Shown one piece after another: positions 30,251 to 39,466 of a stretch of 64,000 nt of DNA (positions are counted from its first letter, which is position 1; the number at the start of each line of letters is the position of its first letter). This DNA is from an uncultured Bacilli bacterium (GTDB taxonomy: Bacteria > Bacillota_I > Bacilli_A > ML615J-28 > CAG-698): positions 99,671 through 163,670 of the forward strand of contig CANQVC010000001.1 in assembly GCA_947627195.1 (NCBI GenBank), written 5' to 3'. The notes beneath the pieces are model-generated. The model was not told the DNA's origin and made no database searches. It saw only the letters and a list, made by a program, of their open reading frames with translations. The position numbers and the translations under genes were made by a program.

Positions 30251-32578
30251 ATGAAACAAGAAAAATTAGAAAAAATTCTTCAAGAAAGTCTTTATGTTCA
30301 TAAAGAAATACCTGAAGAAAATGAAGAAAATGGTGCCTATAATAAATGGTTAAAAAAAGAAGTAAAAAACAAATTAATTCTTTTTAAATGTGATAATAAA
30401 AATATCGAAAAAGTTATTTTAAATGGTAGAGGTAAAGTTACAATTGATAATGAAACTTTTCCTTATCGAACACTTAAAATAGAAACAAATACCGATATAG
30501 AAAATGTTTATCCAAGACCTAATACAGCAATTAAAATATCATTTGATGAAATTGATTTATCGAATTATAATCGTATTAGTGTATTAGTTTATCCAAAAGC
30601 TATCGGATATCATAATTTTTATTTTCATTTTACAACAGGAAATACAGGATATGAACTACTTCATGCTCCAAGTTTAATACCTAATCAATGGAATCATGTA
30701 GTATGGGAAATTAATAATTTAAAAAGAGATAAAGTTAATCATTTATCAATTGCTCCTTTTTTAATGGGATGTCCACCTGAAGCAAAAGAAGATTATGTTA
30801 TATATATCAAAGATATAACTGTTGAAGAAGTAGATAAAACTTATGAAAAAGGATGGGATTTAGAAGATAGAATTGCTTATTCTCATAGTGGTTATCAAAC
30901 AAATTCATTAAAACAAGCAATTATTCAAGGAAATTTTAGTGATAATTTACCTTATTTTTATCTTTGTGATGAAAATAATAATATTGTTTTTAAAGACAAA
31001 ATTAAAAAAGAAATGAGTAATTTAGGTACTTATTACATATTAGATTTTACTGATTTAAAAGTAGAAGGTAATTATTATATTAAAATAAATGATCAAAAAA
31101 CACCTTTATTTCCTATATCAAATGTACCTTTCTTAAGTCCTTTATGGAAAAGCATTAATTTTTTACGTAGTTTAAGATGTGGAGAAAATATCGATGGTGT
31201 TCATAGTTCATGTCATTTAAATTGCCGCAGTGTTCATCCTGATGGAAGAACAGTACCTAATTTTGGGGGCTGGCATGATGCAGGTGATGTATCACAATTT
31301 GAAATATGTACAGCAGAAATGGCTCATGCATTACTTGATACAGCCGAACAAATTAAAAATATTGATAAATTACTTTATGAAAGATTATTAGAAGAAGCTA
31401 AAGTCGGTGTCGAATGGTTATTAAGAACAAGATTTGGTGATGGATATCGAGCATTAGCAGTTAGTTATTCAATATGGCGTAAAAATGTTTTAACTATCGA
31501 TAACCAATCTATATCAATAAGTAAAGCTGAAAATGGACCATTTGAAAACTTTTTAAGTGCCGCTTGTTTAGCTGTTGCAGGAAGATTGTATCAAGAAAGT
31601 GATTCGGTATTTGCTAATTGGTGTGAAAGAATAGCCATTGAAGATTTTAATTTTGCGAAAGATGGTTATGAAAAAGGTCTTTATACTAAGAGATGGGGAC
31701 CAAATATAGATTGTATAGTTGCAGGAATTGGCGCATTAGCTGCTGTTGAATTATATGTTCTAACTAAGGATGAATCGTATTTATCTATTATTGAAAAATA
31801 TGGAAATATAATATTATCATGTCAAGAAAAAGAATTTCCTAATTGGCAAATACCAATTCGTGGCTTTTTTTATGAAGATACCAATCATACCAAAGTTTTA
31901 TCATATGAACATCGTGGACATGAACAAACTCCAATACAAGCATTAGCTAGAATGTGTGAAGTATTACCAAATCATAAAGATTTTAATAAGTGGCAAGAAA
32001 GTTTAAAATTATATCGTGAATATATATTGAAAACTATAAATTATACATCACCATATTATTTATTACCAAGTACTATTTATCAATTAGATAAAATAAACAT
32101 TGATAGATTTACAATTCCCTCAACATGTTCGAAAGATGATGCTTTAAATGTTTTAATCAAACAAGCAAAAAATGGAATAAAATTAAATGATAATGTTTAT
32201 TTAAGAATTTTTCCAATTGCCTATCAAAGAAGAGGTTTTCATGCAACATTATTAAGTAAAACTAAAGCAGTAAGTATGATTGCGAAAGTACTAAAAGATA
32301 ATGATTTAAAAGAAATTGTCTATAAACAAATTGAATGGATATTAGGTAATAATCCATTTTCCTCATCAACAATGTTTGGCGAAGGATATAATTATCATCC
32401 ATTATATGTTGCTTTTTCAAAACAAATTGTTGGGGCATTGCCTGTTGGTATTAAAACATATGAAAATGATGATGAACCATATTGGCCTACAATAAATAAT
32501 GCAGTTTATAAAGAAATATGGGGACATACTACAGGTAAATTTATTTGGGTGTTAGCTGATATTTATAATATGTTATAA
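30251..32578 (+). CDS. Glycoside hydrolase family 9-like enzyme with an N-terminal Ig-like (CelD_N-type) domain and no signal peptide
   Basis: GH9 hallmark FGGWHDAGD. Ig-like YSHSGYQTNSLKQAIIQ precedes the catalytic domain. GGAGG is 7 nt before the ATG at 30251; the track's start at 30239 overlaps the previous stop. A terminator follows. Confidence 0.55.
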   Translation: MKQEKLEKILQESLYVHKEIPEENEENGAYNKWLKKEVKNKLILFKCDNKNIEKVILNGRGKVTIDNETFPYRTLKIETNTDIENVYPRPNTAIKISFDEIDLSNYNRISVLVYPKAIGYHNFYFHFTTGNTGYELLHAPSLIPNQWNHVVWEINNLKRDKVNHLSIAPFLMGCPPEAKEDYVIYIKDITVEEVDKTYEKGWDLEDRIAYSHSGYQTNSLKQAIIQGNFSDNLPYFYLCDENNNIVFKDKIKKEMSNLGTYYILDFTDLKVEGNYYIKINDQKTPLFPISNVPFLSPLWKSINFLRSLRCGENIDGVHSSCHLNCRSVHPDGRTVPNFGGWHDAGDVSQFEICTAEMAHALLDTAEQIKNIDKLLYERLLEEAKVGVEWLLRTRFGDGYRALAVSYSIWRKNVLTIDNQSISISKAENGPFENFLSAACLAVAGRLYQESDSVFANWCERIAIEDFNFAKDGYEKGLYTKRWGPNIDCIVAGIGALAAVELYVLTKDESYLSIIEKYGNIILSCQEKEFPNWQIPIRGFFYEDTNHTKVLSYEHRGHEQTPIQALARMCEVLPNHKDFNKWQESLKLYREYILKTINYTSPYYLLPSTIYQLDKINIDRFTIPSTCSKDDALNVLIKQAKNGIKLNDNVYLRIFPIAYQRRGFHATLLSKTKAVSMIAKVLKDNDLKEIVYKQIEWILGNNPFSSSTMFGEGYNYHPLYVAFSKQIVGALPVGIKTYENDDEPYWPTINNAVYKEIWGHTTGKFIWVLADIYNML

Positions 32579-32587
32579 AATAGTAAG

Positions 32588-32625
32588 AGGTTATAGTCTT
32601 ATAACCTTTTTTCATTTTATACTTT
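32588..32625 (+). terminator. Rho-independent terminator
   Basis: aggttata-gtct-tataacct followed by tttttcatttt. Confidence 0.6.
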
Positions 32626-32725
32626 AACTAATTTGAAAAACAATTGAAAAAAAACTATTTTTGATGTATAATATTTAAGAATATATTTTAGAAAAGTACA
32701 TTTAATGAAAAGAAAGGGCAATATC

Positions 32726-33400
32726 ATGCAATTTAAAAAAGATAAATCAGCTATTAATTATTTCATATTAGCATTAATATGTTTTTTATTTATTATATCT
32801 GCCTTATCAGCATCTTTATTTACCCCATTATTTAAAAAAGTAAATTATGGACAAAGACTTCCCTTATTGAATGCAATCTATATATTTATTTTATGGATTA
32901 TTGAAATTGTTGTAATGATTGTTATTCTTTATAAAAAGAATAAATTTGATATTTTAAATATCAAAAGAGAAAAAGAAGAATTATCAGTTTTAAGAATCTT
33001 AATTTTATTTGGTATAACTTTAGCTCCCATATTTTTAATTAGTGGTTTATTAGGTTGGAAATTAAAGATTGTTGATGACTTAGGAGAAAGAATCACAGGC
33101 GACTTTTTAACATTCCAATTATGTGAATATGGTAAAGCTATTCCCAAATTATTTATTGTTGCTATTATGATTCGTTTATTCCAAGACGGAATGGAAAAAA
33201 TTGTCATTACTAAATATCAAATTCCCTGGGGAGGGATATTTGTCATGTTGACATTTGGCTTATACGAACTTTTAACATATGATCATTCATTTGGCATATT
33301 TTATTTTTTCTTTCCATTAATTTATGGAACAATATATTTAGTATCAAAAAGAAATGTTTTTATAACTTTTCTATTATCATTTTTTATTTATTTATTGTAA
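32726..33400 (+). CDS. Small polytopic membrane protein (about 6 TM), family unknown. Paralogue of 35566..36234.
   Basis: Aligns throughout with the second copy (..YGQ..., ..GERIT..., ..KYQIPWGGIFVMLTFGLYELL versus ..KYKIPWGGIIVMLTYGLIELI). The start was chosen at the ATG with an AAAGGG RBS that aligns with the paralogue's MPTKDK. Confidence 0.55.
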   Translation: MQFKKDKSAINYFILALICFLFIISALSASLFTPLFKKVNYGQRLPLLNAIYIFILWIIEIVVMIVILYKKNKFDILNIKREKEELSVLRILILFGITLAPIFLISGLLGWKLKIVDDLGERITGDFLTFQLCEYGKAIPKLFIVAIMIRLFQDGMEKIVITKYQIPWGGIFVMLTFGLYELLTYDHSFGIFYFFFPLIYGTIYLVSKRNVFITFLLSFFIYLL

Positions 33401-33418
33401 ATTTAAAGGTGAAAAATC

Positions 33419-35473
33419 ATGAATAATAAACAAGAATTTATAAAAAATAAAATAATTCAATTTTTAAAAGATAATTATTTAATTATTGGTTATGTAATTC
33501 TTACCATATTTTATGAATTATTAGGTGTTAGTGTTACTTTTCATAAATTTTGGATAAGAGATCCAAGAATATTATTTTTATATGTTGGCATTGTTACAAC
33601 TGTATTATTTTTAATTAGAAATCAATTAGTTAGATATATTGGTTCATCAATAATGTTATTATTTACTGGTATATTAAATATCTTATTTATTGTCGTTTAC
33701 GAAATGACAGGAACAATATTTGATTATAGCATGTTAAAACTGAGAAATGATGCTATGGGTATAATAGAATCATTACCAATTAATTTTATTTTCTTTTCCA
33801 TTTATAGTATAACATATGCTTTATATTTAGTATTTGGTTTTAAATTTATTAAGAAATTTCCATTAAAGAAAACTGGTAATATAATTGTTGCTCTTAAATC
33901 AGTTGTTTTAATTGTTTTATTTCTTTTGAATTTTTTCATAATCCAATCATTAGATAAAAAAGAAAATGATATAAATGAAGTAGATCGCTTATATGGAACT
34001 AAAGAAGAAGGATATACCCAATTAGGAATATCATCAACAGTATTTAATGCTTTTTATAAAGGTTGGTTTTATAGTGATATAGAATTAGGAGATAGTAAAG
34101 ATGTTGAAGATTTCATTTATAGTTCAATATCTAAAAATACTAAAGAAGCTAATCCTAATAACATAGATCGTTCTAATTATAATGTAATTACAATCTTAGC
34201 TGAAACACTTGAATGGTTTTCTTTTATGCAAGATGAAAATAATTATCCCAATGGATTTCATTTTCAAGATCCTAATATTTTAAGTAAAGAATTATATCCA
34301 AATTTATATCGTTTATATAACGAAAGTATTGTTATGGATAATTTCCATTCACGGGAAAAAACTGATATATCTGAAAACTTAAGTATTATTGGTAGTTATC
34401 CAACTAATGTTTATATTAATTATGATTACCCCAATAATACTAATCCAATGACAGTACCTAATGTTTTAAAAACATTAGATCCTTCAATTTTGTGTAAATC
34501 ATATCATAATGGAGAAAGAAATTATTATAATCGTAATGTATCTCATCTATCTTTAGGATTTGAAGAATTCATTGATGCTGAAACTATGGAAGAAAAATAT
34601 AATATGCCTAATTGGATTCCGAAAAGTGAAAGAAATTTAGATAAAGATATGATTGATAAATGTAAAGAAGATATGTTTCCAACTGATCGAAGGTTTTACA
34701 CATATATTACAACAATTACTATGCATGGACAATTTTTACATCGCGAAGGACTAGAAGAAAGAGGATATTACGATATCATGGATTCTTTTGGTTTTAAAGA
34801 AGTAGAAGAAACAAATGAAGATAATGTTAATCAAAATTTATTTAGAAATTATGCTGTTGCCGCAATGGAATTTGATAGGGCAATTGGTGCAATTTTTGAT
34901 TATTTAGAAGAAACAAATTTATTAGAAAAAACAATAATTGTTGTATTTGGGGATCATAATGCTTATTATCAAGGATTAAGTAGTTATGTTAAACAAATAA
35001 CCAAACCAGATCATGAAAATTATACTAATTTATATCGTGTACCTTTAATGATTTATGTTCCCAATATGGAACATCAAGTAATTCATAAATTTTGTTGCAC
35101 AGCTGATATCGTTCCAACAATTTATGATTTATTAGGTATTAATTATTTTGATAATATGTATTTTGGTCATTCCGTTTTTTCTCAAGAAGAAAGTGTATTA
35201 TATTCTCGTGCTTACGATATTTTTATGACTGATAATGCTTATTTTGCTAATTTAAATAAAATTTATTATTTACGTGATGGATATGGTGATGATTATATGA
35301 AAGATGTGGAAAAAAGGTCAGTTGAATTATTAAATAAATTAGGAATGACAAATCGTATTTTCTTTAATGATTTCTTTGGTATGACCCAATTGGATTCTCA
35401 TCAACAATTAATAAAACCATTTCTTGCAACTTATCAACAAAAATTAAGAGAAATAAATCAAACAAATAATTGA
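33419..35473 (+). CDS. LtaS-family (lipoteichoic acid synthase-like) sulfatase-superfamily enzyme with a 5-TM N-terminal domain
   Basis: Five N-terminal TM helices. Extracellular alkaline-phosphatase/sulfatase-fold motifs NVITILAETLEWFSF, nucleophile motif REKTDISE (compare LtaS GKT.DSE), TMHGQ and FGDHN. The RBS AAAGGTGA is 6 nt upstream. Confidence 0.7.
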   Translation: MNNKQEFIKNKIIQFLKDNYLIIGYVILTIFYELLGVSVTFHKFWIRDPRILFLYVGIVTTVLFLIRNQLVRYIGSSIMLLFTGILNILFIVVYEMTGTIFDYSMLKLRNDAMGIIESLPINFIFFSIYSITYALYLVFGFKFIKKFPLKKTGNIIVALKSVVLIVLFLLNFFIIQSLDKKENDINEVDRLYGTKEEGYTQLGISSTVFNAFYKGWFYSDIELGDSKDVEDFIYSSISKNTKEANPNNIDRSNYNVITILAETLEWFSFMQDENNYPNGFHFQDPNILSKELYPNLYRLYNESIVMDNFHSREKTDISENLSIIGSYPTNVYINYDYPNNTNPMTVPNVLKTLDPSILCKSYHNGERNYYNRNVSHLSLGFEEFIDAETMEEKYNMPNWIPKSERNLDKDMIDKCKEDMFPTDRRFYTYITTITMHGQFLHREGLEERGYYDIMDSFGFKEVEETNEDNVNQNLFRNYAVAAMEFDRAIGAIFDYLEETNLLEKTIIVVFGDHNAYYQGLSSYVKQITKPDHENYTNLYRVPLMIYVPNMEHQVIHKFCCTADIVPTIYDLLGINYFDNMYFGHSVFSQEESVLYSRAYDIFMTDNAYFANLNKIYYLRDGYGDDYMKDVEKRSVELLNKLGMTNRIFFNDFFGMTQLDSHQQLIKPFLATYQQKLREINQTNN

Positions 35474-35565
35474 ATATAATAAAATTATAATTTAGCCAAG
35501 GAGAAATAATATTTATCTAATATAATATGTTATTATTGATTAGATATAATATATGTACTAAAATT

Positions 35566-36234
35566 ATGCCAACAAAAGATAAAACAATTATTCGTTATTT
35601 TATAATATTTTTAATTTGTTTAATTTGTATTTATACAAGATATATTTCTAATTTATTTGTTCCTTTATTTATGAAAGTATATTATGGACAATTAGTTGAA
35701 CTATTTAAATTTGCTTTAAGTGCCATTCTTTGGGCAATAGAATTAATTATTTTATGTTATTTTACGAGAAAAAAGTGGAATATTAATTTATTAATGAAGA
35801 AAAACAAAACTACATATTCAATTAAAAGAATAATAATTTTGTATTTAATTGTTTTAATTCCAATTTTAATTATTAGTGCTTCTTTAGGATTTAAATTAAA
35901 AATTGAATATGATTTTGGTGAAAGAATTACTACTCCATATTTAATTAAACAATTATGTAAATATGGCAGTATGGCAATTCAAATGATATTTATTGTAATT
36001 ATGATTGAAGTTATGCAAGTAGCATTTGATAAAATAATCATTACTAAATATAAAATTCCTTGGGGAGGAATAATAGTAATGTTAACATATGGCTTAATTG
36101 AATTAATTATTGATTTTTCTTTGTTTTCAGGTGTTTATTTATTATTTTGTGGTTTATATGGTTTAATTTATATTGTTAGTAATGAAAGAAATTCAATAAC
36201 ATATATATTAAGTTATATATTATATTTATTATAG
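35566..36234 (+). CDS. Small polytopic membrane protein, paralogue of 32726..33400
   Basis: See 32726..33400. The track's ORF starts at 35527; the start at 35566 was chosen by alignment with the paralogue. Confidence 0.5.
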   Translation: MPTKDKTIIRYFIIFLICLICIYTRYISNLFVPLFMKVYYGQLVELFKFALSAILWAIELIILCYFTRKKWNINLLMKKNKTTYSIKRIIILYLIVLIPILIISASLGFKLKIEYDFGERITTPYLIKQLCKYGSMAIQMIFIVIMIEVMQVAFDKIIITKYKIPWGGIIVMLTYGLIELIIDFSLFSGVYLLFCGLYGLIYIVSNERNSITYILSYILYLL

Positions 36235-36278
36235 ATAATATTTCATAAATAATATTGAAAGGAATAAATGTAATCAAT

Positions 36279-38345
36279 ATGGAAAATAAATGGACAAATA
36301 TATTTAATAAACTAAAAATCATTTTAAAAAGATATGCATTATTAATTTCTTTTGTTTTATTAACAATTTTTTATGAATTATTAGGTGTTGCTGTTACATT
36401 TCATAAGTTCTATATCCGTGATCCTAGAATTTTATTTATTTATCTTAGTTTAGCATCGGTTTTAATTTGTTTATTACCAAAACAAAAAATACGTTACATT
36501 TGTTGTTCGATATTATTAGCGATAACAGGAATTGTCAATTTATTATTTATTGTTGTTTATAAAATGACAGGAACTATTTTTGATTTTGGGATGTTAAACT
36601 TAAGAAAAGATGCCATGGGAATTATTGAATCTTTACCAATCCCTTTTCTATTTACATTTTTATTTGGTTTATCTTTTTCCCTTTATTTAGTATTTGGTAA
36701 AAAATATTTAAATTATTTACCTGAAATTAAAATTACTAAATTAAAAACTGCTATTAATTTATTTTTAATTATAATATTAATAATAACTAATGTTATAGTT
36801 GTTATATCATTAAATAATGTAACAACAAAAGCATCAGAAGTAGAACGATTATATGAAAAAGATGAATTAGGATATACTGAACTTGGAATAACTTCAACTG
36901 TAATAAATGAATTTTATAAAGGCTTATTTTTTAATAATGTTGATATGGGAGATGAACAAGAAATAGCTGATTTCTTATATCAAGATGACCATATTTATTA
37001 TGGATCTAAAGAAGCTAATCCTAATAATATTGATCGTTCTAATTATAATGTCATTACAATATTAGCTGAATCTTTAGAATGGTTTTCTTTTATAGAAGAT
37101 TTAGATAAATATCCTAATGGATATAATTTAGAAGATCCTACTGTTTTAGAAAGTCCAAATTTATATAAAAATTTATATGATTTTTATAATCGTAGTATAG
37201 TAATGAATCAATTTTATGCTCGAGAAAAAACTGACATATCGGAAAACTTAAGTATTATTGGTAATTATCCAACTGATGCTTATATAAATTATGATTTCCC
37301 TTATAATACTAATCCTTTTACTCTACCTAATGTATTAAAATCATTAGATGATGATATTTTATGTAAGTCATATCATAATGGTTTAAGAGGATATTATAAT
37401 CGTAATATTTGTCATTTGTCATTAGGATTTGAAGAATTTGTTGATACGGTGACAATGGAAAGTAAATTTAATATGAAAAATTATATTCCAACTGGGGAAA
37501 GAAATTTAGATAGTGAAATGATTTCATCTTGTAAAGAAGAAATGTTTCCTTTGGATAGAAGATTTTATACATATATTACAAGTATTACGATGCATGGACA
37601 ATATACATTTCGCAATAATTTAGATAATAAAGGTTATTATGATTATTTAGATAGTATTGGGGTAAAGGAACAATTTGGTAAAGGAAAAGATGATGAAAAT
37701 AAAAATATTTTTCGTAATTATTGTGCAGCAGCATTAGAATTTGATCGAGCAATTGGCAAGTTATGGGAAATATTAGAAGAAACAGGATTATCTAAAAATA
37801 CTATTGTTGTTATATTTGGTGATCATAATGCTTATTATCAAGGTTTAAGTAATTATGTCAAACAAATATATGATACAAATGACCATCATTATACTGAATT
37901 ATTTCGCATTCCTTTAATGATTTATGTACCTGATATGCCTCATCAAGTAATTGATAAATTTTGTTATACTGCAGATATTGTACCAACATTATTTGATTTA
38001 TTAGGTATAAATTTTTATGAAAATATGTATTTTGGTCATTCCATTTTTAGTGATGAAGAAAGTATTTTATATTCAAGAGCTTATAATGTCTTTATTACTA
38101 ATCATATCTTTTTTCCAAATCTTAATAAAATCTTATATTTAGAAGATGGATATGATAAAGAATATCTAAATGATATTGAAAATAGAGCTGTTAAGATTAT
38201 GACAAAACTTGGATATATTAATCGTATATTTTATAATGATTATTTTGGTATTAAATCTCTTGATAATAATGATAATCCAATTAAGAAAAATGAAATTATA
38301 TTTTATGAACATTTGAAAGCAATAAATAATGGAGAAGATTTATGA
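36279..38345 (+). CDS. LtaS-family sulfatase-superfamily enzyme, paralogue of 33419..35473
   Basis: Same motifs (NVITILAESLEWFSF, REKTDISE, TMHGQ, FGDHN). Collinear with the paralogue from MENKW (the track's start at 36255 is a TTG). Confidence 0.7.
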   Translation: MENKWTNIFNKLKIILKRYALLISFVLLTIFYELLGVAVTFHKFYIRDPRILFIYLSLASVLICLLPKQKIRYICCSILLAITGIVNLLFIVVYKMTGTIFDFGMLNLRKDAMGIIESLPIPFLFTFLFGLSFSLYLVFGKKYLNYLPEIKITKLKTAINLFLIIILIITNVIVVISLNNVTTKASEVERLYEKDELGYTELGITSTVINEFYKGLFFNNVDMGDEQEIADFLYQDDHIYYGSKEANPNNIDRSNYNVITILAESLEWFSFIEDLDKYPNGYNLEDPTVLESPNLYKNLYDFYNRSIVMNQFYAREKTDISENLSIIGNYPTDAYINYDFPYNTNPFTLPNVLKSLDDDILCKSYHNGLRGYYNRNICHLSLGFEEFVDTVTMESKFNMKNYIPTGERNLDSEMISSCKEEMFPLDRRFYTYITSITMHGQYTFRNNLDNKGYYDYLDSIGVKEQFGKGKDDENKNIFRNYCAAALEFDRAIGKLWEILEETGLSKNTIVVIFGDHNAYYQGLSNYVKQIYDTNDHHYTELFRIPLMIYVPDMPHQVIDKFCYTADIVPTLFDLLGINFYENMYFGHSIFSDEESILYSRAYNVFITNHIFFPNLNKILYLEDGYDKEYLNDIENRAVKIMTKLGYINRIFYNDYFGIKSLDNNDNPIKKNEIIFYEHLKAINNGEDL

Positions 38346-38992
38346 ACAATATTATAAATAATAATAATATTATAAATAATAATAATATTATAAATAATAA
38401 TAATATAAATAATATTAGATGTTTAATTGCTAAATATATTCCTAAATCAATTGAAGAAGAAAAAGATAAAGAATTAATTATGTCTTTAATTGATGTTTAT
38501 CAAGATAAACTACTGTATCGTAGTTTATCTTTTGCTCATTTCACTAGTTCATCAATGCTATTTAATTCTAATTTAACAAAATTATTAATGGTAAATCATA
38601 AAATATATCAAAGTTGGTCATGGACTGGTGGACATGTTGATGGTGATAATGATTTTTTCCATGTTGCCATAAAAGAAGCAAAAGAAGAAACAGGTATAAA
38701 AAATCTTACCCCTATTACAAATGATATAATTTCTTTAGAAGTTTTACCAGTTAATGGTCATTATAAGGGAAATGAATATATAAGTAGTCATTTGCATTTA
38801 AATGTCACATATGGTTTTATTGTTTCTGAAAATGAAAAACTAAAAATTAATAAGCAAGAAAATACTGGGGTTAAATGGTTTAATATTAATAATATTAATG
38901 ATATTAATAATATTAATAATATTGTTACAGAAGAAAAAATGATTCCAATATATCAAAAAATTATCAAAAGAGTAATAAATTATAATAAATAA
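38342..38992 (+). CDS. Nudix hydrolase with poly-Asn/Ile low-complexity termini
   Basis: Nudix-box-like GGHVDGDNDFFHVAIKEAKEETGI (G.5[E/D].7[R/K]E..EE.G). ATGA overlap with the LtaS-like stop. The N-terminal (IINNNN)x3 is encoded by an 18-bp tandem repeat. Confidence 0.55.
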   Translation: MNNIINNNNIINNNNIINNNNINNIRCLIAKYIPKSIEEEKDKELIMSLIDVYQDKLLYRSLSFAHFTSSSMLFNSNLTKLLMVNHKIYQSWSWTGGHVDGDNDFFHVAIKEAKEETGIKNLTPITNDIISLEVLPVNGHYKGNEYISSHLHLNVTYGFIVSENEKLKINKQENTGVKWFNINNINDINNINNIVTEEKMIPIYQKIIKRVINYNK

Positions 38993-39081
38993 TTAAGAAA
39001 TTATAGGAAATATTCACTGAATATTATAAAATAGTTTTAATTAATCATAAAAATTGTAAAACGTTTTATCAAAAAAATAGT

Positions 39082-39109
39082 TTGAGTATCTAGCAAAATA
39101 TGATAAAAT
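39082..39109 (+). promoter_or_regulatory. Putative sigma-A promoter for the riboswitch and pur operon
   Basis: -35 TTGAGT (39082-87), a 16-nt spacer, extended -10 TGaTAAAAT (39101-09). The predicted TSS is a few nt before the riboswitch P1. Confidence 0.45.
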
Positions 39110-39118
39110 AAATATGTA

Positions 39119-39186
39119 TCTTGTATAATGGCTTTAATTGGTAAGCGAGTCTCTACCCTACGACCGTAAATTGTAGGACTACAAGA
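39119..39186 (+). ncRNA. Purine riboswitch aptamer, guanine-type (C in J3-1)
   Basis: P1 tcttgt/acaaga. J1-2 ATAAT. P2 ggctt..aagc. J2-3 GAGTCTCTAC (compare xpt AGTTTCTAC). P3 cctac-GACCGTAAATT-gtagg (compare CACCGTAAAT). J3-1 ACT with C at the specificity position. It lies 5' of purE as in other Firmicutes. Confidence 0.75.
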
Positions 39187-39255
39187 AACATAAATTAGGT
39201 TCATTTTACTGTGCCTATTTTTGTGTTTTTCTTGCTTACTTAGAAAGGAAGCAAA

Positions 39256-39426
39256 ATGAACAATTCAAAATTGAACAATTCAAGAATGAATAACCAAAAA
39301 ATGAATAATTCAAAAATAAACACATTTAATTATATCTATTTATGTAGAAAACAAACAACTCATTTTGTGAGCCTTTTTAATAACGCCAAATATTTAAAAT
39401 TAACAAACATTAGAACATTAGACTAA
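39256..39426 (+). CDS. Possible 56-aa Asn/Lys-rich leader ORF between the riboswitch and purE (uncertain whether translated)
   Basis: RBS GAAAGGAAG is 6 nt before the ATG at 39256. MNNSKLNNSRMNNQKMNNSKIN... is encoded by four degenerate copies of an AATGAAYAAYTCAARA unit of about 15 nt. Its stop codon lies inside the 5' arm of the downstream terminator hairpin. Confidence 0.3.
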   Translation: MNNSKLNNSRMNNQKMNNSKINTFNYIYLCRKQTTHFVSLFNNAKYLKLTNIRTLD

Positions 39427-39447
39427 ATAATGCTAATGTTTTTTTAC
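39414..39447 (+). terminator. Terminator/attenuator hairpin immediately upstream of the purE RBS
   Basis: aacattag (39414-21), an 11-nt loop, ctaatgtt (39433-40), then TTTTTTT. The purE SD GGGAGG is at 39455-60. Confidence 0.5.
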
Positions 39448-39466
39448 TTTTTTATGGGAGGAAAAT

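Noticed and set aside
32929-33207. 92-aa minus-strand ORF inside the small membrane-protein gene
   Set aside because: Antisense to a supported CDS. No RBS.
38346-38413. Short tandem repeats considered as a CRISPR-like array
   Set aside because: Units are 18 bp, contiguous without spacers, in frame inside a CDS, and encode poly-Asn. This is a microsatellite, not CRISPR.
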